64,000 nucleotides of DNA from Dimorphilus gyrociliatus. Taxonomy: Eukaryota; Animalia; Annelida. Below, in pieces: positions 36,349-50,964 of this stretch. The translations under genes and the position numbers were made by a program. Position 1 is the first letter of the stretch. Each line of letters opens with the position of its first letter. Location: assembly GCA_904063045.1 (NCBI GenBank), contig CAJFCJ010000005.1, forward strand, positions 1,193,988 through 1,257,987, in the 5' to 3' direction. The notes beneath the pieces were generated by a model. The model ran no database searches. It was not told the origin of the DNA and saw only the letters and a program-made list of their open reading frames with translations.

Positions 36349-37070
36349 AAAAACGTACTTTTAGTGCAGTTACTCGTACACTTCTAAAAAAAGCAACTAA
36401 TCTGCAACGCATTAAACTTAGTATATGATTTAAAAACAAATTCTTTTCGCATTCTCGGCTAATTTAGAGATTAGGCATGCTCCTATATTAGCCTACAGTA
36501 TATATTATACCAGAAGAGTATAAAACTGAATATATTGATTTTATCGTAATATCTCACAGATGGCGAGTTCAAAATACAAACTATAGATGTCAGTGTTTGC
36601 AATCACGTGCTTTTATTTTTCTACATGTTAACTTTGTGAAAACTCACTCACTATTAACTGATCTCTTTATAGGCCAAACTGTTATATTTCTTACTTTACT
36701 GATTTAAACAACTTTCGATAGATATTTCCAGTTAGTTGCTAGTCAAACTATGAAATATTAAACAAATTTTGAACAGTGTAATTTGAAAGAAAAGGAAAGA
36801 AAAATAGACTTCTTTTAGAGCCATCAATCGGAATGTATGCTCTCTGTACAGTATACTTCAGCATAATGTATTTACACCATATAAATATCGCATACGCCTA
36901 GCGGGATGTGTAGGCAATGAATATTCATTTTCTACTGCAAACTCTTTCATAGATAGGCGGAGCGCTAGCGCAACTCCGCCTACAATTGTGAATATTTACA
37001 AAAGTCTTTTTCGTCGGCAGTCAGTTTGCGGTTCTCGTCAGCGGTAGCAGTATTAAACAGAGTCGGAAAA

Positions 37071-40000
37071 ATGTCTTCAACCCAAAAGGATACAACTTTT
37101 ACAAAAATTTTTGTCGGAGGCTTGCCTTATCATACGACTGATGAAACTTTACGAGATTTCTTTATCCAATTCGGAGAAATAGAAGAGGCAGTAGTGATCA
37201 CAGAACGGTCAACTTCAAAAAGTCGCGGTTATGGTTTCGTGAGTGAAATCTATTTATTAAAAATATGCTCAGTTTTTTATAATATCAATCTTATAGGTGA
37301 CAATGGCTGATAGACTTGGCGCAGAGAGAGCTTGTAAAGACCCTAACCCGATTATCGATGGTCGAAAGGCAAATGTGAATTTAGCTTATCTAGGTGCCAA
37401 ACCTCGTGTAGTAGCAGGTATTTCTTATTAAATAATTTTATATTTTGCTATTTATCCTACAACACTGCGGTATAGTCAACGATTAGCCAATTGTGGCTTT
37501 ATGTAGGTCGGTTCTTTTGTCCGACAAATTCCTTCAATATCGTTCGCCGTCAGCTAAGCAACTACTATTTGCGATTAATGGTAAAATCAAAATATCAATA
37601 TAAACAAGTAAATAAGTTATAAAAATAAGATTACAATATTTAAATAAAAATAAATCTAAAAATTTAGTACTAATTAGTTAGCACAGGTTACGTTTATTGA
37701 ATGTCTTATAACTGCAAAAAAGAATAAGGTACTTGAATATTAGGCCAATTTGGGTGCTGTCTAGATAAAGACGCGACACACGTGTTCAACAGATTTTTGT
37801 ATAGGTAGTATATAACCGGAAACGAAGCCCCTTATGTGCAGTATAGACAATGACTGCGTCAATGATAGGGACGAGAGCGTTTGAAAAATATATTGATCAA
37901 CGTCGCGTCAATTGATTTAGCCGTCCCATTGTTATATATACTGTGTACCTACTACGTTGTCTATAATCCATGTATACAGTTATATATATATATATATATA
38001 AAGATCCAAATATAAATACTCCTATTTAAGGTAGTGTGTATGTACAAGAGAGAAATACAGGGTGTAGAGTAGTTCTTCGTCGAGTATAAGAATAGAGAGT
38101 AGATATTTCGTATTACAAAATGTACCACGTGAAATTTATTAGTCTCAGATCCTTTACAGTTAAATATTCAAATTTTTATATGTATGTAGTTCTCTCTTGT
38201 TATGTGTGACTTATCTTGGTCGTAAAACGTCGCCCTTAAGTTTTTCACGCGGTCGCTCCTTGAACGTGATTGAAAGGCGACAAAGAGTTAGGTCAATCGC
38301 ATATGTATATACCAGCTGACGAGTTTGAACACGTTCGCATACAACGCATTGAAGAAAGCATTAAAATCGCCTCGGCCTTATTATTACTTGAGGATGTTTT
38401 AATCCACACACGCCTCAACAGGTTCTCCACTCGCCCTCGCCGCCGCCGCAGCCAAGCTAAACTATCCTACTTTACACTCTCAAATTGTCGCTGGGTAAGT
38501 TTTTTAATTGAGAAATATTCTCTTCACATCAACAGTATATAAATTATCAATTTAAAACTATTATTATATTATATACAGTAGTATACGTATATGATATATA
38601 AATCAACATTGCCAGATAAAGTGTCAGGGAGGCGTCTAAAATTAGACGGTAATTTTCAGAGTGTTAGTGTGCGTGTGGCGTTTATACATATGCAGTCACA
38701 TATATTATATTTCTTTTTTTCTCTCCTGTATCAATTACGCCATCAAGTCTTCAATTTTCTTACATACTAACTAACCCCCAGTCAACCGTCTACGTTCAAA
38801 TTGCCCAAATAATCAATGCGACTATTCGTATTTTTCAATAGCTAATCCACTAAGATAATCCTTCTAATCCATCGAAGGAGAGATCGTATTGACGACGCTT
38901 TTTCTGCTGATAGAAAACATGTGCCTTCTTAGTGAGCTATTTCAGGCAGCATCTCGGTCTGTTCTAAAAATACATTCCTCGAAATCTTAGCTGGTGAAAC
39001 CTGAAACGGACCGCCAGCTCTTCTTATCGCATACTCGCCGCACCTACACAAACAATTTCGCCTTCTGCGCAGCTCACAAAATACTATATATATATATATT
39101 TTAACCTCGTATAATTTTATATACATAATAGTTTTAAATGCCTTAATCGCTCATGGATACTGTTTATTTTTCCTATAACTGGGTTCATAAGCAGTATTCA
39201 ACAAAAACAGTATTTTTCCCCAAGCAAAGTATTTTAAGCGCTAGCCGTAAAAGTGTAAGACTAAATTTAGAAGTATAACCGAAAGCGTACACCGTATATC
39301 CCCTTCACATACCTGCAACTCGATAATTTATCAGCCGCGGTTTCTCATCAAATAATCATGCACGCGCTGAAAGCTACAGTTCATTTCTTTGTCTATATAT
39401 TCATCTGTAACACCAAATAGTCTATTTTTTCGTATAATGTGTTTTAAGTGTTTTTAATTTGAACGAGAGCCTTGTAGTTTTATACATTTACATTGTACAT
39501 CTTTATATATATATATACACTTATACATAAAGTATGTATAATTGCATATGCATATCCCGTATATATATATTAATATAATATATATAAATAAATATATATA
39601 TATATATATAAATGTATTTGTATATATTTACATTTTATAACTCACTTTCCTGACATAACGAAAAATCATGACTTAAAGCGTAAAAGTTTACTTTTTACGA
39701 ATATCGTATTTTTTCAATAAAAGTAAAGTTTGAGTCAAGATATGACGGGGCAAAAAGATGCTGTAACTTTTATATACTCTACAATACTAGAATGATTTTT
39801 GCTGTGCATTGATTTCTACGTTACAAAAGCTTGATAGTGGTGAAGTGAGAAGACTACCATGAGTTTCTGACTTTCAAATTATAAGAAATTCTTATTTCTG
39901 CTCACAGTTTACCGCAATACTTCTACGCTGCGTCATCACCTTATGTTACAACGCCAGGAATTTTGTCTGTAGCGCCCCATTCGCCACTCTCGCCAACTGC

Positions 40001-40292
40001 AACAGCAACAAGTCCTCTCCTGGAATATTCAGGTGTTGCTGCTGCTGCTGCTGCGGCTAATGCTTCGTCTTTGAACACAACAGCAGCTACAGCTTCTCAA
40101 CTTCCTACAGGATATGAGGCCGCTGCAGCTGCATATCAATACGCATACGCAGCTCCTTATACTTATGCAACTGTACCACAACAACTGACTGCTGCTGCCG
40201 CACTTCCAACAGCCTACCAAGCACAAGCAGCAGTGAATTTGGCTGCCGCTCATTCTCAAGCAGCCGCTGCGGCAACCGACAGAATTCAGTAA
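37071..40292 (+). CDS. RBM24: RNA-binding protein RBM24/RBM38 (SUP-12) family, 4 exons
   Basis: [27 protein letters not shown] and [28 protein letters not shown] 73-nt exon at 38422-38494 restores the frame into the Ala-rich last exon. RBM24 versus RBM38 cannot be distinguished. Confidence 0.92.
37981..38000. repeat. (TA)10 microsatellite in an RBM24/38 intron
   Basis: Perfect TA run read directly. Confidence 0.95.
39480..39630. repeat. TA-rich low-complexity tract in the last RBM24/38 intron
   Basis: Interrupted (TA)n runs. Confidence 0.85.
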
Positions 40293-40702
40293 AAGAAATA
40301 CCTATTATAGTGCCATATGGACACGCTACAGTGGTAGATATTAGACACATGCTAAATTGCTAATCTTTGTTGTTTTATTTTCTCTAATCATCCAAATTTC
40401 ATAATTCTTTAGCGACATTCAGTTACAGTTAAATATTATTGAAAGTTGTACTTAAAGTTTTTACAAGTGATGTATGTATAATATAATATATATAATTTAG
40501 CATATTGTTAACAGTTATGAAACATGTAATTTATTAAATATTGCTATGCAAGAAATTGTGTCTTAATGAAAAATTGTATGAAGCCTCATTGTAAGAGAAA
40601 GTATAAATGTAGCTATTCTTTAAATATGCAGTTACCATTTGAATGCTGTAGATAGTTTTGGTTGTAAGAAGTATTTAATATCAAATATATGCAGTACATA
40701 TA

Positions 40703-40709
<7 letters not shown>

Positions 40710-40736
<27 letters not shown>
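40710..40736. repeat. (TA)13 microsatellite, probable RBM24/38 3'UTR
   Basis: Perfect TA run read directly. Confidence 0.95.
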
Positions 40737-42693
40737 TGTATATTAACTTTAAGTCTAACTCTAGCTATTTATTGGTGCGATTCATGTATAATTATATGTT
40801 ATAGTCTGTTTATAATCTAGTATTGAATCTCTAAACATTTTTATTCTATTCATAAATGTGCCGTATCGCATAAAAATGTATTGTAAGATGACTAGAGGAT
40901 TATGGTATTTCAGTAAAAGTCAAACCTTGTACAGATATAATGCGCAACGTGCCTTCCAAACAATGTAACGTTAAGAATTTATATGATACAATACAATCAG
41001 CAAGCTATCAAAAGATGTTTCTTCGATTTTCCACTTTTTAATTCTTCTCGTGAATGTACAACTAGAAAATTCTCTTTGTTATTTACTTCAATTTATCTGA
41101 CTTCAATTTTTTTCATTTTATATATATTTGAATATCAATTTGATATATAGAAACAAAGCCGTTTAAAATTATCCCAATATCCTTATTATTTACCTGTTTG
41201 CTTGAAAAATTCTTGACAATATTCACGAACAATTTCTTTTGAAATTACAAAGCACTACAATCGTTTTTGTCTTATTACAATTCAACAACTGACGCATACG
41301 CTACTGAAACTTTGTAGTTGCCGAACGAATAATCAGTTGATTGACTAGTCAATACATCTCAGGATTCATAATGGTCTAAGTTTATATATACATATATAAT
41401 AGTTAGTTGTTTATTACTTTAGGATATACGCTTGACAAACGATACCCATACTGGGCATGCATTTTACATGATAGTCACTTGTTTGTCGCCAGGTGAGTAT
41501 TAGGGTAATAAGGAGCTATCCTATGTAATCGAATAAAGTATGTTAATGCATCCTAGCTCCCTTTAACGAAATTGATGGAAAGTTTGTGTTTGAATGTCGA
41601 GCGGTGTTTTTAAAGTCAATAAATGAATAGGATTTTCTGCATCTGTACACAGGTGGATGAGCGTGGCAAACAATTTGACATTATTTGCTGTATTAGGGTG
41701 TGGTTGTCTAACTTTTTATCCAGTTATAAATTGATTCATATTTGGATAAAATAAAAAATGAAGTCTGGCGCAAATTGATGATTGCTTTTTAATAAGTGCT
41801 CAATATTGTGTTGATTTCGTGCACTTGTTGGCCATTGCGCTATTACGTATGCTCAGAATCAATCTTTGTTCAGCAGGTAAATCGATAAAATTGTTCAATG
41901 ATCTTGTCGTAAATTATTTCGAAACCGCCTCTATAGTATGAATTATTCATCGACTCCTCCCAATTTGCTGTCAATTTTCTTCATGACTGACAGCAGTTTT
42001 CTTCAACTCTAAATTCGATAGGATTTTACGATTTTTTTGTGGCTTTTACTCTTTGAGAGTTTACTTAAACAGCTTTAAATATTCTCAATTATCTGTGATC
42101 TGCCAATATATCAGTAGTACAGATTTTAAAATATAATATTCTGGGTTCAGATTAAGATATTTGAACTATGTTTTCTCGATTGTTTGAACAGAGCAAATCA
42201 TTAAGGTAATTATCCATTGTTCAGTTATTAAAGAATAAAGTAGGCGATTCCTTTGTCCTATAACGAGAACAATGGAAAGACGACTGTCCAACTGAATGAG
42301 GACATATTTCTTCATACAATAACTTGTATCTATTATTAAAGCGACCGTGTGGTATAAGTAAACATGCAGCAACAAGTTTTCATTCGTCGAACTGAACAAC
42401 AATGCAAAGACTTTAATCAGTTTAATACTTATTGCTTCGATTTTGAATGGACATTAGTTACGAGGCGATTATCATGCTATAAATCTTGTGTAGACATGAA
42501 ATAACCCCTAAATAGTCTCAAATCTTCCAAATTAGAAATGTAGACAACTATGAAAACTTATCAGCGTCAAAAATTTTTGCTAATAAAAATTTAAATAAGT
42601 GTAAATAGTAAGACTAATAACAATGCATAACAATTTAACAAACATGTTTTGTTGATTGTTTAAAGAAACACTTAATAGGAAATATATTATAGA

Positions 42694-44482
42694 TTATGCT
42701 ACTTCATCTTCGCTTGGATCAGTTGAAGCTGTAGTAAAGCCTTTCAAACTTGACGATCTGGAAGATTGAAGGGAGGCATTCCCACATAGTATTCTAAACA
42801 ATTTGGAAATTAATTTGCTTAGGTCTAAAACAAAATTATTTATATTACTTTGATTCCAAATGCTTCACTTGAACTTGTAGATTTTCAACTTGAACTTGTA
42901 ATTCGTCGTTTGTACTTTGTAGCCTTCGAACCTGATTTGATTGCATATCAACCTAAAATTAAGGAGAGTATTAGCTTTATGTATGAGTACTTTGTTTTAC
43001 AAACATCGCTTTGTGATTGTGACAATTCTATCTTAAGTTCGTCTACACGTAAACGTAGATGTTTAACTTCAGTTTCATATTGTTCTGCACGCTTATTAGA
43101 ATGCTCAAGATCCTGTTTTTTCTCTTGCAAGGAGGATTTCAACTTTGAATTTGAATGTTTTAATTGAGCGTTGTCCTAAGAGAAAAATTGTATATTCTTA
43201 TACACAATAAATTAATATGATAATCAATTGACCCACTTTGGCTTTTGTGTTGAGTTCTTCTGTTAATGATTGGATTTGCTTGTCATGATTTTCAGACAAG
43301 GAAATACGACGTTGAAGGCTCTCCTCGAGTGCGGATACATCATTCAGTAATTGTTTATTTTTTCGTTCGATTGCTATTTTTTCACTTTCCAGTCGCTCAC
43401 GCTTGCTATATTCATCAGCACTCTCTTTTTGAGCAGCAACAAGCTGTTTATTTTTTAAATAGAATATATAAAATCTGTATTCATTTATTTAGGTAGAACC
43501 TGTTCTCGTAAAATATTAATTTTTTCCTCTGTCTTTTGCAAGTCGCTTTCATTGTCGGTGGACGTTTCAGAAAATTTATCGATATTTGTTTTCTGCAGTA
43601 TAATAAATTAACTATTTAGAAATTTTTAAAAAAACATGTCAAATCAACGTTACTTGGTTGTTATGCTTTAAATCTTCATATTTTTTCTTTAAAGCAATCA
43701 GGTCTTTCTGTAAAGTACTAATAGTTGTTGTAAGAATTTCCTTTTCTCTGAAAAATATTTCTGTAAGCAAATTTCAAAACACATGCAGAGCTAAGTTACC
43801 GTTGGTCTGCTTCTAATAATCGTTCAGCTTGATCCAATTTTACTTTTAGCTGAGAAAAATCATCATTACTATTTTTTTTATCAGAAAATTCTGATTTAGA
43901 GCTTGATTTCGAGCTATCGGTTCTACTTTCTCTACTGCGACTTCTGTGCGACGGACTAGTGGTTTCTGGTTTAGGATCAGTAGGTAGATCTTCAAGAGAT
44001 TTCAAAGAGCTTTTTGAGATTCTGTCTACGTTTTCTTCGTCTTTATGCAAACTCCTTCCAGTGGAAGTGTTTAACACATTAACAGAGCTGTTTGATAAAT
44101 CCTGCTTGAATTTGTTGTCTTTGGTGACTGCTTCATATCTAGCCCTTAACTTTTTATAGTCATCCTTTAATTTTTTATAATCAGAATGCTTACGTGACCA
44201 TTTTGAACGCCACTGATTGGTACAATCAGCCCACCACTTCATGGTCTTTTCCATTTGATTAGCTCGAGTTCTTGTTTCCTCTAATTCTGTTAGGAGAATA
44301 TTTTCTTTAACTGAACATTCATCAGATCTAGATTCCCTCGGAGGTAGAGGAGGTGGCTTTCGTCTCTCTGGTGTCAACGGGTGATTCCTTTCTTTTTCTA
44401 AGACAGGAGGAGCTGATATTCTTGAAGATCTTGGTAAGGGTTGACTATAAGCATCAGGTTTTGGTGGGATAACAGGATTCAT
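42694..44482 (-). CDS. CCDC102: Coiled-coil domain-containing protein 102-like
   Basis: Diagnostic EKTMKWWADCTNQWRSKWS motif followed by coiled-coil exons (EVKHLRLRVDELKIEL). Last exon ends ...DPSEDEVA*. Confidence 0.85.
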
Positions 44483-44601
44483 AGTAGTTACAAATATTTT
44501 AGTTCGTTTAGAAAAAAGCTATTGCATCTTATAGCAAATAAAAATCGATGTAAATTTGGAAAATATTAAGTAATTTCAGTGAAATTTGGCCGATCATAAT
44601 T

Positions 44602-44998
44602 AACCGGAAGTTTGATAGGGCGCTGCCATAATTCTTTGCCTGTATATTGTGGCTCTTCATGTGAACAATATAACTGCTGTCATCTATTGGACTTTTCAAA
44701 ATAAATATTTTAGTTATTCGAACTTGTTTTTTAATAAAAATAATTGTTTAATTACTATCCCATTTTAATAGAATATTTTAATATTTTATACTATAAAAGA
44801 AAGTATTTAAAAAATTCCATTTCAACTTTTTCAGACTTTCTATAAAGTTTTTCGGTCAAAAATACCACTGAGAAAATAACCCTATATATAATAAAATTAG
44901 ATGATCTTCATCTCTAAAAATTGACTAAATATACTAAAATATATCTTTCAATATAATATAGATTTACTGTAGATGGCGACATTTTTGGTGCGCATGCG
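44602..44998. promoter_or_regulatory. Bidirectional promoter region of CCDC102 / mei-P26 with ETS, YY1-like and NRF1-like motifs
   Basis: AACCGGAAGT 44602-44611, AGATGGCG 44971-44978 and TGCGCATGCG 44989-44998 lie between divergent genes. Confidence 0.5.
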
Positions 44999-45608
44999 TA
45001 TAATGAATCAGGCTTTTGCCTTTTCATTTTCCTCGAAAAATTAAGCGTTTTTTGACTATATTTTGCATTGCTGTGTTATGGTATAGAAATAGATCTGATA
45101 ACTGGTGCGTATTTATTCTATTGCGATAAAAAATTTTAATCCAAGTAATTTTTATACGACTTATTCCGATGCAATTGAAGGGCGTATGATTTTGAGCAAT
45201 TTTTTACTTGATTTAATTAGTACATGCAATGACGAAAAAGATGTTATTTAATTTAAACATCAACAAAATACTCTCAACTGATATACATTTAGTTTTGGCT
45301 CTTGGACGTCATAATTTTTAGATTGTAAAGCGAAAGGAAGCAGCTAAAACGCATTCTCTTTCCAAGTATATTAGTCGCCATTTTGGTAGAGAATTTGCGG
45401 CACACGTGTTTTGTCCCAAAAGATACCTTTTAGTGACAAGCTTGTTGGTTTAAATTAAAGCTTTAAATTATGTTATGCTAGTCGGGCAGATAATTGCATT
45501 TATTAATTTTTCTAATTTTAGCTGGTTATATGTAACGTGTAAACTCCTGCGTCGTATATCAGTCTATAACCATGACACTTTTGCAATTTTTGCAGCTAAC
45601 CGTCCACC

Positions 45609-48600
45609 ATGTCTGAAAGCATACGTAGTCTTGAAGAAACGTTCGGTAAGCTAGACGCTCAAGAATTAGAGACGATTGAAAAGCTGAATTGTTCTGAACC
45701 GGAAACAACTATCAATGGCGAAGATTACGACCGTTCGTCAACTCCAACCGATGACAGTGGAACGGGTAGTCAGAATAATAATGTGAATCCACAGTTCCGA
45801 TGTGAACTTTGTCATGAAACACTAGTTTCTCCTAGAATTCTATTGTGTTTACATGAATTCTGCTCAGCTTGCTTGGAAAAGAAAGCGAAAGAGACGCAAG
45901 ATGAAGATTGTACTTTGAGTCTACAGGTTTGTTTCAAGACAATTATTTTGAATTGAAATTTTATTATTGCTTTTACAGTTGTTGGAATGTCCAGAGTGCG
46001 GTCAGACGACGCCACTCGGAGAACGAGGGGTGTCGGGACTAGAATTAGATCACGTGATATCTATGCTAATAGATATTGACGGAATTAAGGAAGGACGGAA
46101 ATTGTTATGCACAAGTTGCAAGTTTAAAGAAAATGCGGTTGCAAGATGCAATGACTGTGCAACTTTTCTCTGTGCAAATTGCGTTACTGCTCATAACTAT
46201 ATGAGGTGTTTTGAAAAGCACCAAGTCGTTGCTATCAACGAATTACAAAGTTTGTGCGATGACCATCTAAAAAATAAACCGCTAGCGTGCCAAGTTCATC
46301 CCGCCGATTCATTGCAATATTTTTGCAGTAGTTGCCAAGTGCTTGCCTGTACTGAATGCTTGTACAGCCAGCACAAGGATCATCCTTGTGACAGAGTACA
46401 AGATGTGGCTGGTCGGTATTCATCTGAACTTCAGCAAATGATAACTCAAGGGCAGTCGAAGCTCTCTGTATGTCAGACCACAGCGGATCAGCTTATGGGT
46501 CAATTACAACAATTGGAAGAAGAAAGACAAGATGCTAAGAGTGCCATTAACGAGGCATTCCATAGTTACAAAGCTATTATAAAAGAGATAGAAGAGCAAA
46601 CCCTAAAGGAATTAGAAGAACTCCATCAAGCTCAGAGATCAGCTATAATGGAGGCAGTAGAAAAAGTGAATAAAACGCAGGAGAGATTGGAACATGCTTA
46701 TAAATTCACTGAACGGACTCTGACAATGGGTAGCGGTGCTCAGGTAATTTATTTGAGATATATTAATGCATACTTTCTGTTATATTAGCAATTCACAACT
46801 TGAGCAACTCACAAACCACGTCAGTAAAATGCATCACTTTTGAGTACTTTTCTAATTTCTTTCGAAAAGTGCCAAGCGGTGGTGCTAAATAGACTACATA
46901 AATTTATCATTTTGTTATATATAATATTTTATAATAATTTAAATGGATGTAACATCTCTTTAGATGCTGGCGTTACGACATGTTATAACATCTCAGCTAC
47001 TAACATTAATAAACAACACCCCTGCACCCGATGTGAGCGTTAGCATTAAATTCTCGTGCAACATCGATGAGTTTCGTCAAGCCGTTAAGGCCAATTTTGG
47101 AACATTCAGCGAAGCTCAAAAACCAATCAAGAAAACTACTCCACCTCCAGTCAATTCATCTAATCAGGAGGAAAAAGCGATTTCACGTCAAATGTCAATT
47201 CCTAGATCTTACAAGGAAGATATTGCAACCACATTCGTTCCATCATCAGGTGTTCGACCTGTTCAAGGAATCGGTAGCTTGAGCATGACCACACCTTCTT
47301 CAACTGTGGTTCCGGAGCCAATTGGTCATTTTAATCCAGACTATTTGAATGAGTAAGTTCATTATGCTTTAATTCAATAAATATTATATTCTGTCCAAAT
47401 TACAGAGTAAACAGTACTACTTACACGAAAGCTAATAGTCTGGGGCCGATAGGTTCCAATCTTATGAATTCTGCAGTAGGTGGTGATAGAGCTCCCCCAC
47501 CTGGACTAGGATCTCGTTCCTCGAGCAGAAATTCGTTTAGTCCAACTATGTGTGATAGTGGAATTAGCATGGAAGCGGCAGCAAATTCAGTCGCAAATGG
47601 AACTAATACTTTTGCTCAAGCTTTAACAAAGCAAATTAGTTCAAATGTGCCTTCCACCGATTCATTCTCAACAAGTCATTGGACAAATGCCTTTGACTCC
47701 ACTGGTTCTGTTACATCCAGTTCGAAATTATATTCAATTGACATGCCGGGTTGGTATTCTTTAATTCTCTTTCGTCATGACAGATAACTGAAGTAATTTT
47801 TATCTAGGTTTTGATTATCTGCAATCTAATAATAATCCGTTTGGAGGAACCCGAAGTTCTTCTTCTTCAACTTTATTCAACAATCTTGATACCGTTGGAA
47901 CCTCTTTCAACACGCGGGCAACAAATTCTGTTCTCAACAGTCAGGCTTCCAGTTTTATACCGACGTCGTATAGCGCGTCTTCCGATTCTGCTGCTTTGCC
48001 CGCGAGGTCTCAATCGAGAATGTCTACTATGCAAATTCGATGGAAATTCGGCCAATTGGGTCCATCAAAGTCGCAGTTCAATTCTCCCCACGGTTTTTGC
48101 TTGGGTGTTGATGAAGAAATTGTTGTTGCTGACACTAATAATCATAGAGTTCAGATTTTCGACAAAAGTGGAGAGTTTATGTACCAGTTTGGAACTCCTG
48201 GTAGAGATGAAGGTCAATTGTGGTATCCAAGAAAGGTAGCCGTGATAAAGAATATGGGAAAGTTTGTTGTCTGTGACAGAGGATCAGAGAGATCTAGAAT
48301 GCAAATTTTCACGAAGACTGGCCACTTCATGAAGAAGATAGCAATTCGGTATATTGATATTGTGGCTGGCTTAGCGATCAAGCCAGATGGATCAATTGTT
48401 GCTGTTGACTCTGTCTCACCCACTGTTTTTGTTATCAGTGACAACGGAGATTTAGAGAAGTGGTTTGATTGCAGTAATTATATGCGAGAACCAAGCGATA
48501 TCGCTGTAAATTCAACGGAATTTTTTGTGTGCGATTTTAAGGGTCACTGTGTCGTTGTCTTTAACTTTCAAGGAGAGTTTCAAAGACGAATTGGTTGTGA

Positions 48601-48917
48601 AAGCATTACCAACTTTCCAAATGGTATCGATATATCTTCAAGTGGAGATATCCTTGTGGGAGATTCCCATGGAAATAGATTTCATGTGGCCATTTTCCAA
48701 AAAGATGGAACTCTAATTGGTGAATTTGAGTGCCCATATGTTAAAGTATCAAGATGCTGTGGGCTCAAAGTGACTTCTGAGGGTTACGTTGTTACGTAAG
48801 TAATGCAATATTTCAATAATGAATAGTCGTTTTAGAAAAAATTTACACTTCTTCAACAGTTTGGCGAAAAACAACCATCATGTACTGGTTCTGAACACCC
48901 TGTACCTTCCTCCTTAA
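45609..48917 (+). CDS. mei-P26: TRIM-NHL protein of the mei-P26/NHL-2 type (RING, two B-boxes, coiled coil, NHL propeller)
   Basis: RING CELC...[12 protein letters not shown]...CPEC, B-boxes, and NHL signature [36 protein letters not shown]. Ends VVT|[18 protein letters not shown]. Confidence 0.9.
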
Positions 48918-49399
48918 AGAAGATCAATAAATCTCGCATTTTTTATAACAATCGAATTATCCACCTACGAAAAATCGTAAGTTGTGATTGTATCAAAGAG
49001 CTTGAAACAACGACTAGTTGTACAGATCCTGTGCTGCTGAGTTGTGATCAAAGTATTTGTTTTATTCCTCTTAGCCAAAACAACTAAATTCGTAATAGTT
49101 GTTCAGTCGAAGACTTTAACGAATCAGTCTTATACTGTTTACCTTTTTTTCTATACGTGTACAATAATCACATTCCTGCATGTTTTTTGTAAAGAAAGAA
49201 ATTTCGCGAGTTGATCGATTCGATGCTTATTTTTGACTAAAGTTCCATACATTTACTGGCATCGTGTCATTTGTTTTTATCGTTATTTTTTTCCGTTTTA
49301 TTTCGTACATTTACCGCGTACTATTGTACTGTAAGCTGTTATTTTGTAGATTGCTTTATTGCTATATTTTTGTAACGTTTTATATACGCCATTTAGGAG

Positions 49400-49590
49400 A
49401 CTTTTTCTATTTAAATATGCATGTATATATCTATTTATATACATTCATATATATGTATATATATATATATTTATATATTTATACCTTCATATATATAAAT
49501 GCATGCATATATATATTCATGCGTAGATATATATGTAATTATTTTCATATAGATATATGTATTATGTATATATATTATATATTTATTGAC
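49400..49590. repeat. TA-rich low-complexity block in the probable mei-P26 3'UTR
   Basis: About 190 nt dominated by TATA/ATAT runs. Confidence 0.85.
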
Positions 49591-50964
49591 AAATTCTAAA
49601 GAAATTTCGGCTCGAAACGAAGATTTTTTTTAAATACTTACATATTTGGAAAAGCAGCCGAGGTCATTATATATATTTGAAAGGATGAAAAGTAAATGTT
49701 AATAAGCTGTTCTTTGCACCGAAAAGGTGATTGGTGCTGTTTGAAAATGTTCACAGTGTATACACTTTAAATGTATATACGTATATATATTTATATATAA
49801 GTATATATACATATTTATAAATATATACGTTTTGTAAATTCCGTAACTCTTTTTATTCTTTGTGAACTGTAACTGCTCACTTTACCGTTTTAATTCTTTA
49901 AACTACTACAGCCTGATATGTTGACTGGTAAAGGCTATCATTAATGAAACAGTCTGCATATATTGTTGTATTTTTTTTTTTTTAATTTTTGCCATTTCAA
50001 TTAACATGCAGTATAATTATACAATGTAACGAATTACCTTCGTTACAAATCTAGCCGCTCAATTCAATATATATATATATATATATACGGATGTGTTTAT
50101 TGAGTGTATTATCTTAAATGTAATATGGTCCGAGTCTGTATGTATGTGTTGTTCACTAGTCAATTTGGTTTGTACGATGACGTGATACGTGCCTTAAAAG
50201 GATGCTTTGATTACGCCATCTGATACAAAACAATTGCCTGATTTACCATGTTGATATTTTTTGTAGAAATTCCAATCATAAGTACTGTTGAGTCATAATT
50301 TTTTGCTTTTGCTATGTATATTTCCTCTAACTTAGCTCCGACGGTTCGGATTATATATCGTATTATAATTTTTTTTGTAGTCGTTTTACTTTAAACGTTC
50401 ACTTTATCTGTCTGGACTTTTACAGTACTGTCATATATATCTCATTTTTTTTTCTGCGCGACTTATTGTTGAAGCATTTACTGTCTATATATTCTTTATT
50501 ATAAATGTATACTCTATAGCAATAGTGTGCATTCGCGATCCCCTTTTGGGGTCAACCAAAAAAAATTGAAAAAAAAAACATTTATTGAATGCTTTATCAC
50601 AATAATGTAATTTAAGAGTAAAGTCAGTATTGCAAACAATGATTTTTTTATGTTGATGTTTGTGAGACTATGCATCGTTTTAATGCAGGGTGATCTTTTT
50701 GTATTTATGATCCCCAAAATTATTCTTACTGTACTTTCGTATATAGTATATTCAAGTTTACATTGCGCACCGGTTCGGAAGGTGAAGAGCAACGAGGGCC
50801 GTTTTTTTTCTATACATTTTGCAGTGTTCAGGTGCAGCGCCCTTCCTTGCCCTTCTACTTCTAAACGATTATTACTATGTATATTATTCGGTATATGTTG
50901 TGGTTTTTTTATCGAAATAAAAGTGGAGTTTTCTCTACCAATTTCTGCTTTTTTTTATTTAAAC

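Noticed and set aside
41600-42450. Short ORF-like stretches between RBM24/38 and CCDC102
   Set aside because: They have frequent stops in all frames, and no consistent splice path or recognisable motif was found.
49264-49599. 111-aa Tyr/Ile-rich ORF
   Set aside because: It is an artefact of TA-rich low-complexity 3'UTR sequence.
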